This document shows positions 23,064 to 32,202 of a stretch of DNA of 59,849 nt, one piece after another. The notes beneath the pieces are model-generated. The model made no database searches, was not told where the DNA came from, and was given only the letters and a program-made list of their open reading frames with translations. The DNA is taken from NCBI GenBank assembly GCA_040902005.1, contig JBBDYA010000127.1:1-59849 (forward strand). Reading direction: 5' to 3'. The stretch is from Gemmatimonadaceae bacterium. GTDB lineage: Bacteria; Gemmatimonadota; Gemmatimonadetes; Gemmatimonadales; Gemmatimonadaceae. Numbering within the stretch: the first letter of the stretch is position 1; the number at the start of each line of letters is the position of its first letter. The position numbers and the translations under genes are program-made.

Positions 23064-23647
23064 TCGCCCCGGAAGTCGCGCGGCGCATCCGGCTCGTCGG
23101 GCTCGACGTCGATGGCGTGCTCACGGACGGCGGCATCTATCTCGGGAGCGTCGGCGAGGCGTCCCACGAGTTCAAGCGATACGACATCCAGGACGGACTC
23201 GGCATTCACTTCCTGCGCCGGGCCGGCCTGCGCGTTGCCATCGTCACCGGGCGCGTGTCCGAGAGTGTTCGACTGCGCGCGCGCGAACTCGAGATCGAGG
23301 ACGTGGCGCAGGACGCGGCCGCCCGCAAGCTTCCCGCCTTTCTCAACATGCTCGATCGCCACAACATCCAGCCGTCCGAGGCCGCCTTCATCGGCGACGA
23401 CTTTCCCGATCTCCCGGTGCTCCGCATCGTCGGCCTGCCGGTGGCGGTTGGCAACGCGGCGCCCGACATCCGGGCCGTGGCCACGCTCCGCCTGGTACGG
23501 ACCGGCGGCGCGGGGGCGGTTCGGGAGTTCGCGGAATTGTTGCTCAAGGCGCGCGGCGAGTGGAAGTCGGTCACCGATGCCTATGTGAACGAGCGCTCCC
23601 TGCGTGGGAAGGGGGGGGGGGGAGGGGCCCCCCCCCCGGAGCATTGA
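23060..23647 (+). CDS. kdsC: KDO-8-phosphate phosphatase (HAD)
   Basis: LDVDGVLTDG, DGLGI, FIGDDFPD, GGAGAVRE. Confidence 0.93.
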   Translation: MIAPEVARRIRLVGLDVDGVLTDGGIYLGSVGEASHEFKRYDIQDGLGIHFLRRAGLRVAIVTGRVSESVRLRARELEIEDVAQDAAARKLPAFLNMLDRHNIQPSEAAFIGDDFPDLPVLRIVGLPVAVGNAAPDIRAVATLRLVRTGGAGAVREFAELLLKARGEWKSVTDAYVNERSLRGKGGGGGAPPPEH

Positions 23648-24612
23648 GCGACGATTCACGCATCATCGCGCGCGGAAAACGCGTGCTCGCGCTGGAGCGC
23701 GACGCCGTCGCCGCGGCACTCGGCCGCCTGGACGAACGCTTCGCGCGCGGGGTCGCGCTGATGCGGGACTGCACGGGGCGGGTCATCGTCGCCGGCGTCG
23801 GCAAATCCGGACTCATCGCGCGCAAGGTAGCGGCGACGCTCACGTCAACCGGCACGCCCGCCACCTTTCTGCACCCGGTGGACAGCGTGCATGGCGACCT
23901 CGGCATCGTCGGTCCGAATGATGTGGCCATCATCATCTCCAAGAGCGGCGAGTCCGACGAATTGTTCGCACTCGTCGAGCAGTTGAAGCGGCTGGGCGTC
24001 CGGCTGATCGCGATCACCGGTGGAACGAGTTCCGGATTGGCCCGCCACGCGGACATCGTGCTCGACGCCTCGGTGGCGGAAGAGGCCTGCCCGCACGACC
24101 TCGCGCCCACGACCAGCACGACCGTCGCCCTCGCGCTCGGCGACGCGCTCGCCGTCGCGCTCCTCGAGGAGAAGGGGTTCCAGCGCCAGGACTTCGCCCG
24201 CCTCCATCCCGGCGGATCCCTCGGACGGCGCCTGCTCACACAGGTGGAAGAGGTGATGGAGCGGGACGATCTGCCCGTCCTGCGTTCCGGCGACACCATG
24301 CGAAAGGCCATCGTCCTGCTCGCCAGGCGGCGCGGGATTGCCATCATGCTCGACGCAGATGGCCGCATGGCTGGCGTCATGACCAGTGGCGACCTCACGC
24401 GAGCGATGGAGCGCGAGGCGGATATCCTGTCCGTGCCCGTGGGCACGCTCCTCAACCCCGATCCCAAGGTCGCGCGGCACAATGAACTGGCCAGTGCGGT
24501 AGTATACCGGATGGAAACGCACGGTATCATGGCCATGCCGGTCCTCGGCGCCGACGACCGGCTGGTGGGGGTCATCCATCTCCACGACCTGATGCGGGCG
24601 CGGCTGGCGTGA
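23644..24612 (+). CDS. kdsD: Arabinose-5-phosphate isomerase KpsF/GutQ (SIS plus CBS domains)
   Basis: GVGKSGLI, HGDLG, EACPHDLAPTTS, HPGGSLG; C-terminal CBS pair. Confidence 0.94.
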   Translation: MSDDSRIIARGKRVLALERDAVAAALGRLDERFARGVALMRDCTGRVIVAGVGKSGLIARKVAATLTSTGTPATFLHPVDSVHGDLGIVGPNDVAIIISKSGESDELFALVEQLKRLGVRLIAITGGTSSGLARHADIVLDASVAEEACPHDLAPTTSTTVALALGDALAVALLEEKGFQRQDFARLHPGGSLGRRLLTQVEEVMERDDLPVLRSGDTMRKAIVLLARRRGIAIMLDADGRMAGVMTSGDLTRAMEREADILSVPVGTLLNPDPKVARHNELASAVVYRMETHGIMAMPVLGADDRLVGVIHLHDLMRARLA

Positions 24613-25157
24613 GGGCGCTCGTCTGCGGCGTGGCATCGATCGTCGGGATGGCCGCGTGCTCGAAAGGCACGCAGCCGCCCGTCGCCAACGAGGCGACCCT
24701 GTCGGACAGTGCAGAGCAGGTATTGTTCGACGTGCGATCGAATCTGACCACCAGCGGCGTGAAGCGCGGCCTGATGCTCGCGGACACGGTCTTCGTGTTC
24801 AACGACCAGACGCGCTTCGCGCTGCGCCGCGTGCGCGCGAACTTCAACACCGAGATCGGCATGCCCAACGGCACCCTGCGCGGCGATCGGGGCACGTACA
24901 ACCTTCGCACGAAAATTCTCGAAGGGTTCGGCAACGTCGTCGTGACGTCCACGGACGGCAAACGGCTCACGTCGAACCACCTCCGGTATGCGGAGAACCT
25001 GGATCAGATCTCGAGCGACAGCGCGTTCGTGTACACCGAGGTGGGACGCGTGCAACGAGGCATCGGATTCACGACCGACCCGAACCTCAAGGTGTTCCGA
25101 TGCCTGCGCGCGTGCCGGACGGAAGGTGACGTGCAACTGGGCAACATCACGCCGTGA
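24609..25157 (+). CDS. lptC: LPS export periplasmic protein LptC-like (lipoprotein signal)
   Basis: MAAC lipobox-like; beta-jellyroll pattern; sits between kdsD and lptA/lptB. Confidence 0.8.
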   Translation: MRALVCGVASIVGMAACSKGTQPPVANEATLSDSAEQVLFDVRSNLTTSGVKRGLMLADTVFVFNDQTRFALRRVRANFNTEIGMPNGTLRGDRGTYNLRTKILEGFGNVVVTSTDGKRLTSNHLRYAENLDQISSDSAFVYTEVGRVQRGIGFTTDPNLKVFRCLRACRTEGDVQLGNITP

Positions 25158-26461
25158 TGCGCCGCGCCGTCCTGCTGGCCCTGCTCTCTGTCGCACCGCA
25201 GCTGGCGCCGGCGCAGGGACGCGAGCGCTGTACGATCACCGGTGGAACCACGGGCCCGGGCGGCCAGACCATCGTCCAGCTGCCCAGCGGCCAGCGCAAC
25301 TCCTTCATGGGCGGCGGCGTGCTGGTGCGGTGCCCGGTGTCCGACCTGACGCTGCGCGCGGACAGCCTGGAGTCCTACGGCGACGAGGGGCGCATTTTCC
25401 TCATGGGAAGCGTGCACTATGACGAGCCCCGCCTCTCACTGAATTCGCGTTTCCTCACCTACCATCAGCGCGACGAGCACATCGTCGCCAGCGGCGACGT
25501 GGACGCGCGCCTGCCGAACGGCTCCTCCCTGCGCGGGCCCGTCGCGGAATATTTCCGCGCGATCCCGGTGACTCGTCCGGTGACCCGGCTCTTTGCCAAT
25601 GGCCGGCCCACGATCAGCGTCGTGCAGCGGGACTCCACCGGCGCCCCCGGCGAGCCCCTTGTCGTGATCGCGAACAACGTCCTGATGCTCGGCGACAGTC
25701 TCGTGTATGCGGGCGGGGTCGTGACGGCCACGCGCCCCGAAATCGAAGCGCGCGGAGACTCGATGGCCCTCGACAGCCAACGCGAAGTCATGGTGATGAT
25801 GCGCGATCCTGTCATCGAGGGGCGGGGCGAGCGCGCGTTCACGCTGCAGGGCGCGCGCATCGAGCTCACGTCGGTCAACCGCGAATTGCGACGCGTGTTG
25901 TCCATGGGGCAGGGAAAAGCGGTCAGTCAGGACTTGACGCTCACGAGCGATACGATCGATCTCCGCGTGGCGGACGACCTGCTGCAGCGGGCCATCGTCT
26001 GGGGACCGTCGCGCGCGCACGCCGTTTCGCCGGCACAGCGAATCACTGCGGACTCCATTGACGTGAGCATGCCCGCGCAGCGGCTCAGGGAAATGCACGC
26101 GGTCCGGGGCGCGATCGCGCAGGGAGAGCCGGATTCGGTTCGCTTTCGCGCGGATACACTCGACTGGATGCGCGGCGACACGATCGTGGCGCGGTTCGAC
26201 ACGCTCGTGGCGGGCGATACCGCCAGTGGCACTCGATTGCGCGAGCTGGTGGCGCTTGGCAACGCGCGGTCGTACCATCACATGGCCCCATCGGATACCA
26301 CGATGCGCCGGCCGGCGATCAACTACGTGCGGGGGCGTGAAATCACCGTCGCCATGGAAAACCAGGCCGTCGCCAAGGTCACTGTGATAGGCCAGGCAGC
26401 CGGCATGTACCTCGAACCCAGAGCCGAGGTCGACCGCGGCGTCCCTCGACCGCGGCAATGA
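25154..26461 (+). CDS. LptA/OstA-like multi-jellyroll periplasmic protein
   Basis: Signal peptide; repeated LRADSL/ARGDSM/LTSDTI/ITADSI/MRGDTI OstA-type motifs; lptC-X-lptB position. Confidence 0.75.
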   Translation: MMRRAVLLALLSVAPQLAPAQGRERCTITGGTTGPGGQTIVQLPSGQRNSFMGGGVLVRCPVSDLTLRADSLESYGDEGRIFLMGSVHYDEPRLSLNSRFLTYHQRDEHIVASGDVDARLPNGSSLRGPVAEYFRAIPVTRPVTRLFANGRPTISVVQRDSTGAPGEPLVVIANNVLMLGDSLVYAGGVVTATRPEIEARGDSMALDSQREVMVMMRDPVIEGRGERAFTLQGARIELTSVNRELRRVLSMGQGKAVSQDLTLTSDTIDLRVADDLLQRAIVWGPSRAHAVSPAQRITADSIDVSMPAQRLREMHAVRGAIAQGEPDSVRFRADTLDWMRGDTIVARFDTLVAGDTASGTRLRELVALGNARSYHHMAPSDTTMRRPAINYVRGREITVAMENQAVAKVTVIGQAAGMYLEPRAEVDRGVPRPRQ

Positions 26462-27669
26462 CCGATCCCCGCGTCCAGGAGATCGTGGAGCAGCTGGCGC
26501 ATAGCGACCGGTCCGCTGCGCTCGCGCTCCACGCACTGATCGTCGTCGCCACCGACGACGGCACGGCCAACTTCAGCGACGCCGCCAGGGCGTATCGGGA
26601 CGACCACATCGCGGCCCTGAGGGCGACCGGAAAGGACGCCGAGCGCGAGGCGGGCCGGCTCTCGCTGGACGAGGTTCGCGCGCATCTGGCGAGCAGCGTC
26701 TTTCCCCGACTAGCCGGGCTCGGCTTCATCATGCTGCCCGAGGCGGGCCTTCTGGCACCGGACGCGACCGTGCGTTTCAGCGGCCTGTTCTGGCCGCAGA
26801 TCCGCGAGAATCGGCACCAGGTCGCTGACGCGCTGCGTCGCACCGGCGAGCACGCGCTGGTGCCGGAAGCCCTCCCTGAGGCCCCTGCGGCGCCCGGAAG
26901 CGTCCTGGAAGCAACCGGGCTCGTCAAGATGTACCGGCGCCGAAAGGTCGTGAGTGACGTGGCCCTTCGATTGCAACAGGGGGAGATCGTTGGACTGCTG
27001 GGCCCGAATGGCGCGGGGAAGACGACGACGTTCTACATGATCGTTGGACTGATCCCGCCGATGACCGGGAAGATCCTGTTGGACGGACGCGACATCACCG
27101 GCATGCCGATGTACCAGCGCTCCAGACTGGGCCTTGGATACCTGTCACAAGAACCGTCCATCTTCCGAAAGCTGTCAGTCGAAGAGAATATCTTGGCCAT
27201 CCTGGAGACGCTACCGATCTCAGCCGACGAGCGGCGCGCCCGGCTCGAGCACCTGCTCGACGAGCTCAGCATCAAGCATCTGCGCTCCAGCAAGGCGTTC
27301 GCCTTGTCCGGGGGAGAGCGACGCCGCCTCGAGATCACCCGCGCCCTCGTGACCGAACCGAAGTTCATGATGCTGGACGAGCCGTTCGCCGGGGTCGACC
27401 CGATCGCCGTGCACGACATTCAGCAGATCGTCGCCAACCTGCGCAGTCGCCGCATCGGGGTGCTGATCTCCGACCACAACGTCGAGCAGACCCTGGACAT
27501 CGTGGATCGCGCCTACATCATGTTTGATGGTCATGTCAAGGTCTCGGGAACCGTGCGCGAACTCGTTTTTGACGACACGGTCGCCGACATTTATCTGGGA
27601 CCTACGCTGACCGCGCGCCTTCGTACGCGGTTCTCCTCGGAGAACGGCGGCCCGGAGCACCAGGCATGA
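26458..27669 (+). CDS. lptB: LPS export ABC ATPase LptB with ~148-aa N-terminal extra domain
   Basis: GPNGAGKTT, YLSQEPSIFRKL, LSGGERRRLEI, LDEPFAGVDP, SDHNV; upstream of rpoN. Confidence 0.95.
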   Translation: MTDPRVQEIVEQLAHSDRSAALALHALIVVATDDGTANFSDAARAYRDDHIAALRATGKDAEREAGRLSLDEVRAHLASSVFPRLAGLGFIMLPEAGLLAPDATVRFSGLFWPQIRENRHQVADALRRTGEHALVPEALPEAPAAPGSVLEATGLVKMYRRRKVVSDVALRLQQGEIVGLLGPNGAGKTTTFYMIVGLIPPMTGKILLDGRDITGMPMYQRSRLGLGYLSQEPSIFRKLSVEENILAILETLPISADERRARLEHLLDELSIKHLRSSKAFALSGGERRRLEITRALVTEPKFMMLDEPFAGVDPIAVHDIQQIVANLRSRRIGVLISDHNVEQTLDIVDRAYIMFDGHVKVSGTVRELVFDDTVADIYLGPTLTARLRTRFSSENGGPEHQA

Positions 27670-29144
27670 GACCAGGCCTTTCGCAACACACGCAGCTCAA
27701 GCAGGAATTGAAGATCAATCCGCGCCTCTATCAGGCGATGGATCTGCTGTACATGCCCCTCCTCGATCTCCAGCAGCACCTCAAGCAGGAGCTGCTGAAC
27801 AATCCCTTCCTCGAGATGGCCGAGCTGGACGAGGAGGAGGAGCAGGAGACCGAGGGCGAGACGGAGGTCGAGGCGGAGGTCGCGCAGGAGCCCGAGAAGC
27901 AGGCAAGCGACGAAATCGACTGGGAAGAGATCCTGCTGGACGGCTTCGACACGGGCGGACGCCGTGAGGAACACGAGGAGCGCGAGTACTACGAACCCGT
28001 CACCGTGGACACGCGTGATCTCTCCGATCACCTGCGCGATCAGATCACGCTGCTGGACCTGAATCCGCGCCAGGTGGTGCTGGCGGAGGAGTTCATCGGC
28101 AACATCGACGACGACGGCTACCTCAAGGCGTCGATGGAGGCGATCGTCAATGGCGTGAACGACATGGTGCGGCACGCCGCCGAGGAGGTCGAGCGCGAGG
28201 TCGACGCGGAGGAATTGCCGCTCTACACCATGCCGGAAGCCGACGACATGCTGCGTACGATCCAGAATCTGGATCCGCCGGGCGTTGGCGCCCGCGACCT
28301 GCGCGAATGCCTCATGCTCCAGTTGCAGGAAGGGGGGCTGGAGCACTCGGTGCCATATCGTCTCGTCCGGGACTGCTTCGACGAGCTGATCAATCACCGC
28401 TGGAGCGAGATCTCCAAGCGGTTCGGCATCAGCCCCACCGACGTCCAGAAGGCGGCGGACGAGATCCAGAAGCTGGACCCGAAGCCCGGCATCAAGCACA
28501 GCGATCTGTCCGACAACTACATCACGCCCGATCTCATCGTCGAGAAAATCGATGGCCGGTACCACGTGTTTCTCAACGACGCGAACCTGCCGCGCCTGAA
28601 ACTCAGCAAGACCTACCAGGACATCGCGCGGGACAAGAAGAAGTTCGACGGCGAGAGCAAGGAGTTCATCTCCAACAAGCTCAACTCGGCGAACTGGATG
28701 ATCCAGGCCATCGAGCAGCGCCGGCAGACGATGCTGAAGGTCATGAACTACATTGTCGAGCGGCAGCGCGAATTCTTCGAGAAGGGCGTGCAGTTCCTCA
28801 AGCCGCTCACGCTGCGCGAAGTGGCCGAGGTGATCAACATGCACGAATCCACCGTGAGCCGCGTGACCAACGAGAAGTACGTGCAGACGCCTCGCGGGGT
28901 GCTGCCGCTCAAGTTCTTCTTCTCCTCGGGGCTCTCCACCACCGGCGGCGAGGACGTCTCCGCGCGCGGCATCAAGGCGCAGATCGAGAAGCTCGTGTCC
29001 GACGAAGACGCGAAGCACCCGTTGACGGACCAGGCCATCGTCAACATCCTCAAGCAGAACGGCGTCCAGATCGCGCGCCGGACCGTGGCCAAGTACCGCG
29101 ATCAACTGGGAGTGCTCTCGGCGCGCATGCGCAAGCGGGTATGA
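27666..29144 (+). CDS. rpoN: RNA polymerase sigma-54 factor
   Basis: DPPGVGARDLRECL, HESTVSR, ARRTVAKYR RpoN box. Confidence 0.98.
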   Translation: MRPGLSQHTQLKQELKINPRLYQAMDLLYMPLLDLQQHLKQELLNNPFLEMAELDEEEEQETEGETEVEAEVAQEPEKQASDEIDWEEILLDGFDTGGRREEHEEREYYEPVTVDTRDLSDHLRDQITLLDLNPRQVVLAEEFIGNIDDDGYLKASMEAIVNGVNDMVRHAAEEVEREVDAEELPLYTMPEADDMLRTIQNLDPPGVGARDLRECLMLQLQEGGLEHSVPYRLVRDCFDELINHRWSEISKRFGISPTDVQKAADEIQKLDPKPGIKHSDLSDNYITPDLIVEKIDGRYHVFLNDANLPRLKLSKTYQDIARDKKKFDGESKEFISNKLNSANWMIQAIEQRRQTMLKVMNYIVERQREFFEKGVQFLKPLTLREVAEVINMHESTVSRVTNEKYVQTPRGVLPLKFFFSSGLSTTGGEDVSARGIKAQIEKLVSDEDAKHPLTDQAIVNILKQNGVQIARRTVAKYRDQLGVLSARMRKRV

Positions 29145-29191
29145 GGATCACCCCTCCACTCAGATCGTCGATCCTTCCTGATAAGCACGAG

Positions 29192-30148
29192 ATGACACGC
29201 AACGGCGGTGTTGATGTGTCGGTTCTCGTCCCAGCCAAGGACGAAGCGGAGAATCTTCCGCTCTTCATGAAGCAGGCGGCGGTCGCATTTGCGGGCGACA
29301 AGACGACGTCGTACGAGGTCGTGGTAATCGACGACGGGTCCGTGGACGACACGCCCCGCGTCCTTCGCGACCTCGAGCGAGAGTACGCCTTCCTGCGCGT
29401 GGCCCGTCACCGCAGCCAGCGCGGCATCGCCGACGCGCTGCGGACCGGGTACCTCCAGTCCAAGGGCCGCGTGCTCGTGTTCTATCCGGCCGACCTGCAG
29501 TTCAAACCGGAAGACATCCCGCGGCTGGTGGAGCCGATCCTGGCCGACCGCGCCGACCTGGTGACGGGCTTCAAGCAGGGCGCCTACGACAAGGCCTTCG
29601 TCTCGGGGATCTACAACCGGCTCAGCCGCACGCTGTTCAACGTGCGCGTCCGCGACCTGAACTCGGTGAAGGCCTACCGCCGGGAAGTGATGGACGCGCT
29701 TCCGGTCCGGCCGGACTGGCATCGCTATATGGTGGTGATCGCGGCGGCGCAGGGCTTTGCCATCGACGAGATCCCCGTGCCGCTGTATCCACGGCACGCC
29801 GGCGTGTCGAAGTTCGCCAGCTGGCGACGCATCCCCATCGGCGTCCTGGACATGCTGGCGGTCTGGTTCGAGCTCCGGTTCGGGCAGAAGCCCCTGCTGG
29901 CGTTCGGCATGCTCGGCGCGGCGTTGTTCGCGCTCGGCGCGCTCTCGGGACTCGCGGCCCTCGTCGTGTTGTTTGCCACCGGCTTCGGCATCCGCGCCGT
30001 GTGGACCGTGATCCAGACCTGTCTGATCATCGGCAGCATCTTTTTCGCCGCCGGGCTGCTCGGCGAACAGATCGCCGGCCAGCGCGCGGAGCTGCGCGAG
30101 CTCCGGCGGCGCCTCGACGAATCCCTGTCCGCGCGCGTCGAGAAGTGA
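29192..30148 (+). CDS. GT2 polyprenol-phosphate glycosyltransferase (ArnC/GtrB-like, 2 C-terminal TMs)
   Basis: VLVPAKDEAENL, IDDGSVD, ADLQFKPEDIP, RDLNSVKAYRR; start could be 29141. Confidence 0.88.
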   Translation: MTRNGGVDVSVLVPAKDEAENLPLFMKQAAVAFAGDKTTSYEVVVIDDGSVDDTPRVLRDLEREYAFLRVARHRSQRGIADALRTGYLQSKGRVLVFYPADLQFKPEDIPRLVEPILADRADLVTGFKQGAYDKAFVSGIYNRLSRTLFNVRVRDLNSVKAYRREVMDALPVRPDWHRYMVVIAAAQGFAIDEIPVPLYPRHAGVSKFASWRRIPIGVLDMLAVWFELRFGQKPLLAFGMLGAALFALGALSGLAALVVLFATGFGIRAVWTVIQTCLIIGSIFFAAGLLGEQIAGQRAELRELRRRLDESLSARVEK

Positions 30149-31089
30149 CCGACGGCGGGAGTAGGACCTGGCGCATGCTCCAGGTCGCGCTCACGCTGGG
30201 CTTCGTCGGGTTCGCCGCCTGGTACCTGTGGCAACAGTGGGCCGGCGCGTCCGTCAGCGACGTCGAGTTCGACTTCGATTTGCCGTGGCTTCTCGCCGCC
30301 TCGCTGGTCACGTTCGCCGCGTTCGCTCTGCTCATTGAAACCTGGCGCCAGGTGCTGGGCCGCCTGGGCGCGCCCGTCGCATTCGGCCCCGCGGCGCGCG
30401 TCTGGTTCGCGTCCAACCTGGGGAAGTACGTCCCGGGCAAGATCTGGCAATTGAGCGCCATGACGCTCATGATCGGCGAATACGGCGTCTCCCTCGCCGT
30501 CGCGGGCGCCAGCGCCGTCGTCATGACGATTGCCAACGTCGCGACGGGGTTTGCCATCGTCCTGCTGACGTCCACCGCCACGGTGCGCCAGCTCGCCGGC
30601 GGACTGGCCGGGGTCGCGGTGGCGACCATCGCGCTCGCGCTCTGCCTCGTCGCGGCGCCGTTGCTCGCGCGCCAGTGGAACAGCTTCGCGGCGCGCATCG
30701 GACGCGATCGGCTGACGGTCACCGTCCCGCTCAGTGCCGTCTGGATCGCCCTCGGCGGATGCGCGGTGAGCTGGGTGCTCTACGGCATCGCTTTCAAGCT
30801 GTTCGTCCTGTCCATCGTGGGGAGCACGCCGGCGCCACTGGAGGCCTACATCACCGCAAACGCGGCGGCGTACCTCGTGGGCTACCTGGCGCTCTTCGCC
30901 CCGGGGGGCGTCGGCGTGCGAGAACTCGTTCTCACGAGCATCCTGGTGCCACTCCGCATCGCCACCGCGCCGCAAGCGGTGGTGATCACGATCGGATCGC
31001 GGTTGTGGCTCACGGTGCTCGAGGTTCTCCCGGGTGTCGCTGCGCTCCTGGCGCGCAAGCGTCAGACCCGTGGCAGTCGGATTCCGTAG
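30145..31089 (+). CDS. Lysylphosphatidylglycerol-synthase-TM/UPF0104 flippase-like membrane protein
   Basis: SNLGKYVPGKIW and APGGVGVRE motifs; multi-TM. Confidence 0.82.
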   Translation: MTDGGSRTWRMLQVALTLGFVGFAAWYLWQQWAGASVSDVEFDFDLPWLLAASLVTFAAFALLIETWRQVLGRLGAPVAFGPAARVWFASNLGKYVPGKIWQLSAMTLMIGEYGVSLAVAGASAVVMTIANVATGFAIVLLTSTATVRQLAGGLAGVAVATIALALCLVAAPLLARQWNSFAARIGRDRLTVTVPLSAVWIALGGCAVSWVLYGIAFKLFVLSIVGSTPAPLEAYITANAAAYLVGYLALFAPGGVGVRELVLTSILVPLRIATAPQAVVITIGSRLWLTVLEVLPGVAALLARKRQTRGSRIP

Positions 31090-32111
31090 CGCGCGAGAAA
31101 GGTCGCCAGTTCCTCGGTCAGCGGGCTGCCGCGATCGCTGCGCGTCTTGCCGCGCAGGTCCAGCCAGTGCGCGCCGTGCGCGCGCAGCGCGCCGTGATCC
31201 TCACCCGTGAGCGCGACGTCCGTGAGGACGGTGTCCCCCCCCCCCACCCCCCCCTGCACGTTGGGCAGGGCACCTGGCAACTCGCGGACGTGGAGCCGCC
31301 AGCTGCCCGCTTTCGTGGTGTACACGCGAGCCGTGCCTTGCTCCGTGATCGTGGTTCCCTCGTACGCGACGAAGCGGTCGAACTCGGAGAGCATCTCGGC
31401 GATCATGCGCTTCCGATCGCCCTCGCCCACCGGTCGCGGGAAATCCGGCGCGGACCTGATGACTCTCGCGGGTGATCCCACCGCGAGACTGTTCGGCGGG
31501 ATGGCTCCGCTCACCAGGGAATTCGCGCCAATCACCGAGCCGTCGCCGATCGTCGTGCCCGGCATGAGGAACACCCGCCAGGGCAGCCACACGCTCTTGC
31601 CGAGCGTCACGGGCTCGTAGTTCACGGGATACCCGTCGAGCTGGTTGAGCCACGCCCCGTGCGTGAAAATCAGGCAATGGCCGCCAATCCCCGTGTCGTC
31701 GCCGATGGTGACCGGCTTCGTCGGATTGATGAACGCCATCTGGAGCACGATGGTGCGGCTGCCGAGAATGAATGCGGATTCCGGAAGCTGCGGCCCGCCG
31801 ACGTACACTTGCTCACGGATCTTCGCGTCTTCGCCGATCTCGATCCGCTCGCACGCGAGGTAGCTCATCGTGCCCACGCTCGAGTATCGGCCGATCGAGA
31901 TGCTGCGCCCCATCACGACCGCCAGGAGGCCGATTTCGACGTGGTCCCCAAGGTCCACCGACCGGCCCACCACGACGCCGCCAAAGGCGATCTTCACCCC
32001 CTTGCCAACGCGGTAGCCCAGCATGGCGCGGTACGCCCAGCACTTCATGGCGCTGGGCATCCATCCGAACGCCAGCAGATGCCCGAGGGGAAGGCGCTTC
32101 TTGCGGATCAT
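31062..32111 (-). CDS. Hexapeptide-repeat (LbH) acyltransferase with C-terminal extension
   Basis: IGEDAKI/IGDDTGI/LGKSVW/IGDGSVIGANSLV repeats, GSPARVIR. Confidence 0.85.
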   Translation of the reverse strand: MIRKKRLPLGHLLAFGWMPSAMKCWAYRAMLGYRVGKGVKIAFGGVVVGRSVDLGDHVEIGLLAVVMGRSISIGRYSSVGTMSYLACERIEIGEDAKIREQVYVGGPQLPESAFILGSRTIVLQMAFINPTKPVTIGDDTGIGGHCLIFTHGAWLNQLDGYPVNYEPVTLGKSVWLPWRVFLMPGTTIGDGSVIGANSLVSGAIPPNSLAVGSPARVIRSAPDFPRPVGEGDRKRMIAEMLSEFDRFVAYEGTTITEQGTARVYTTKAGSWRLHVRELPGALPNVQGGVGGGDTVLTDVALTGEDHGALRAHGAHWLDLRGKTRSDRGSPLTEELATFLARYGIRLPRV

Positions 32112-32202
32112 TGGCAGAAGTGTGACTGGCGCTGGTAGTTAGATCAAGCATGTGACGTCTACCTTGCTTTCGTGTCACGCCACCGGATAACCTCCGCACC
32201 GG

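Noticed and set aside
32121..32178. TGTGAC/GTCAC motifs in the divergent promoter region as a CRP site
   Set aside because: Spacing does not fit TGTGA-N6-TCACA.
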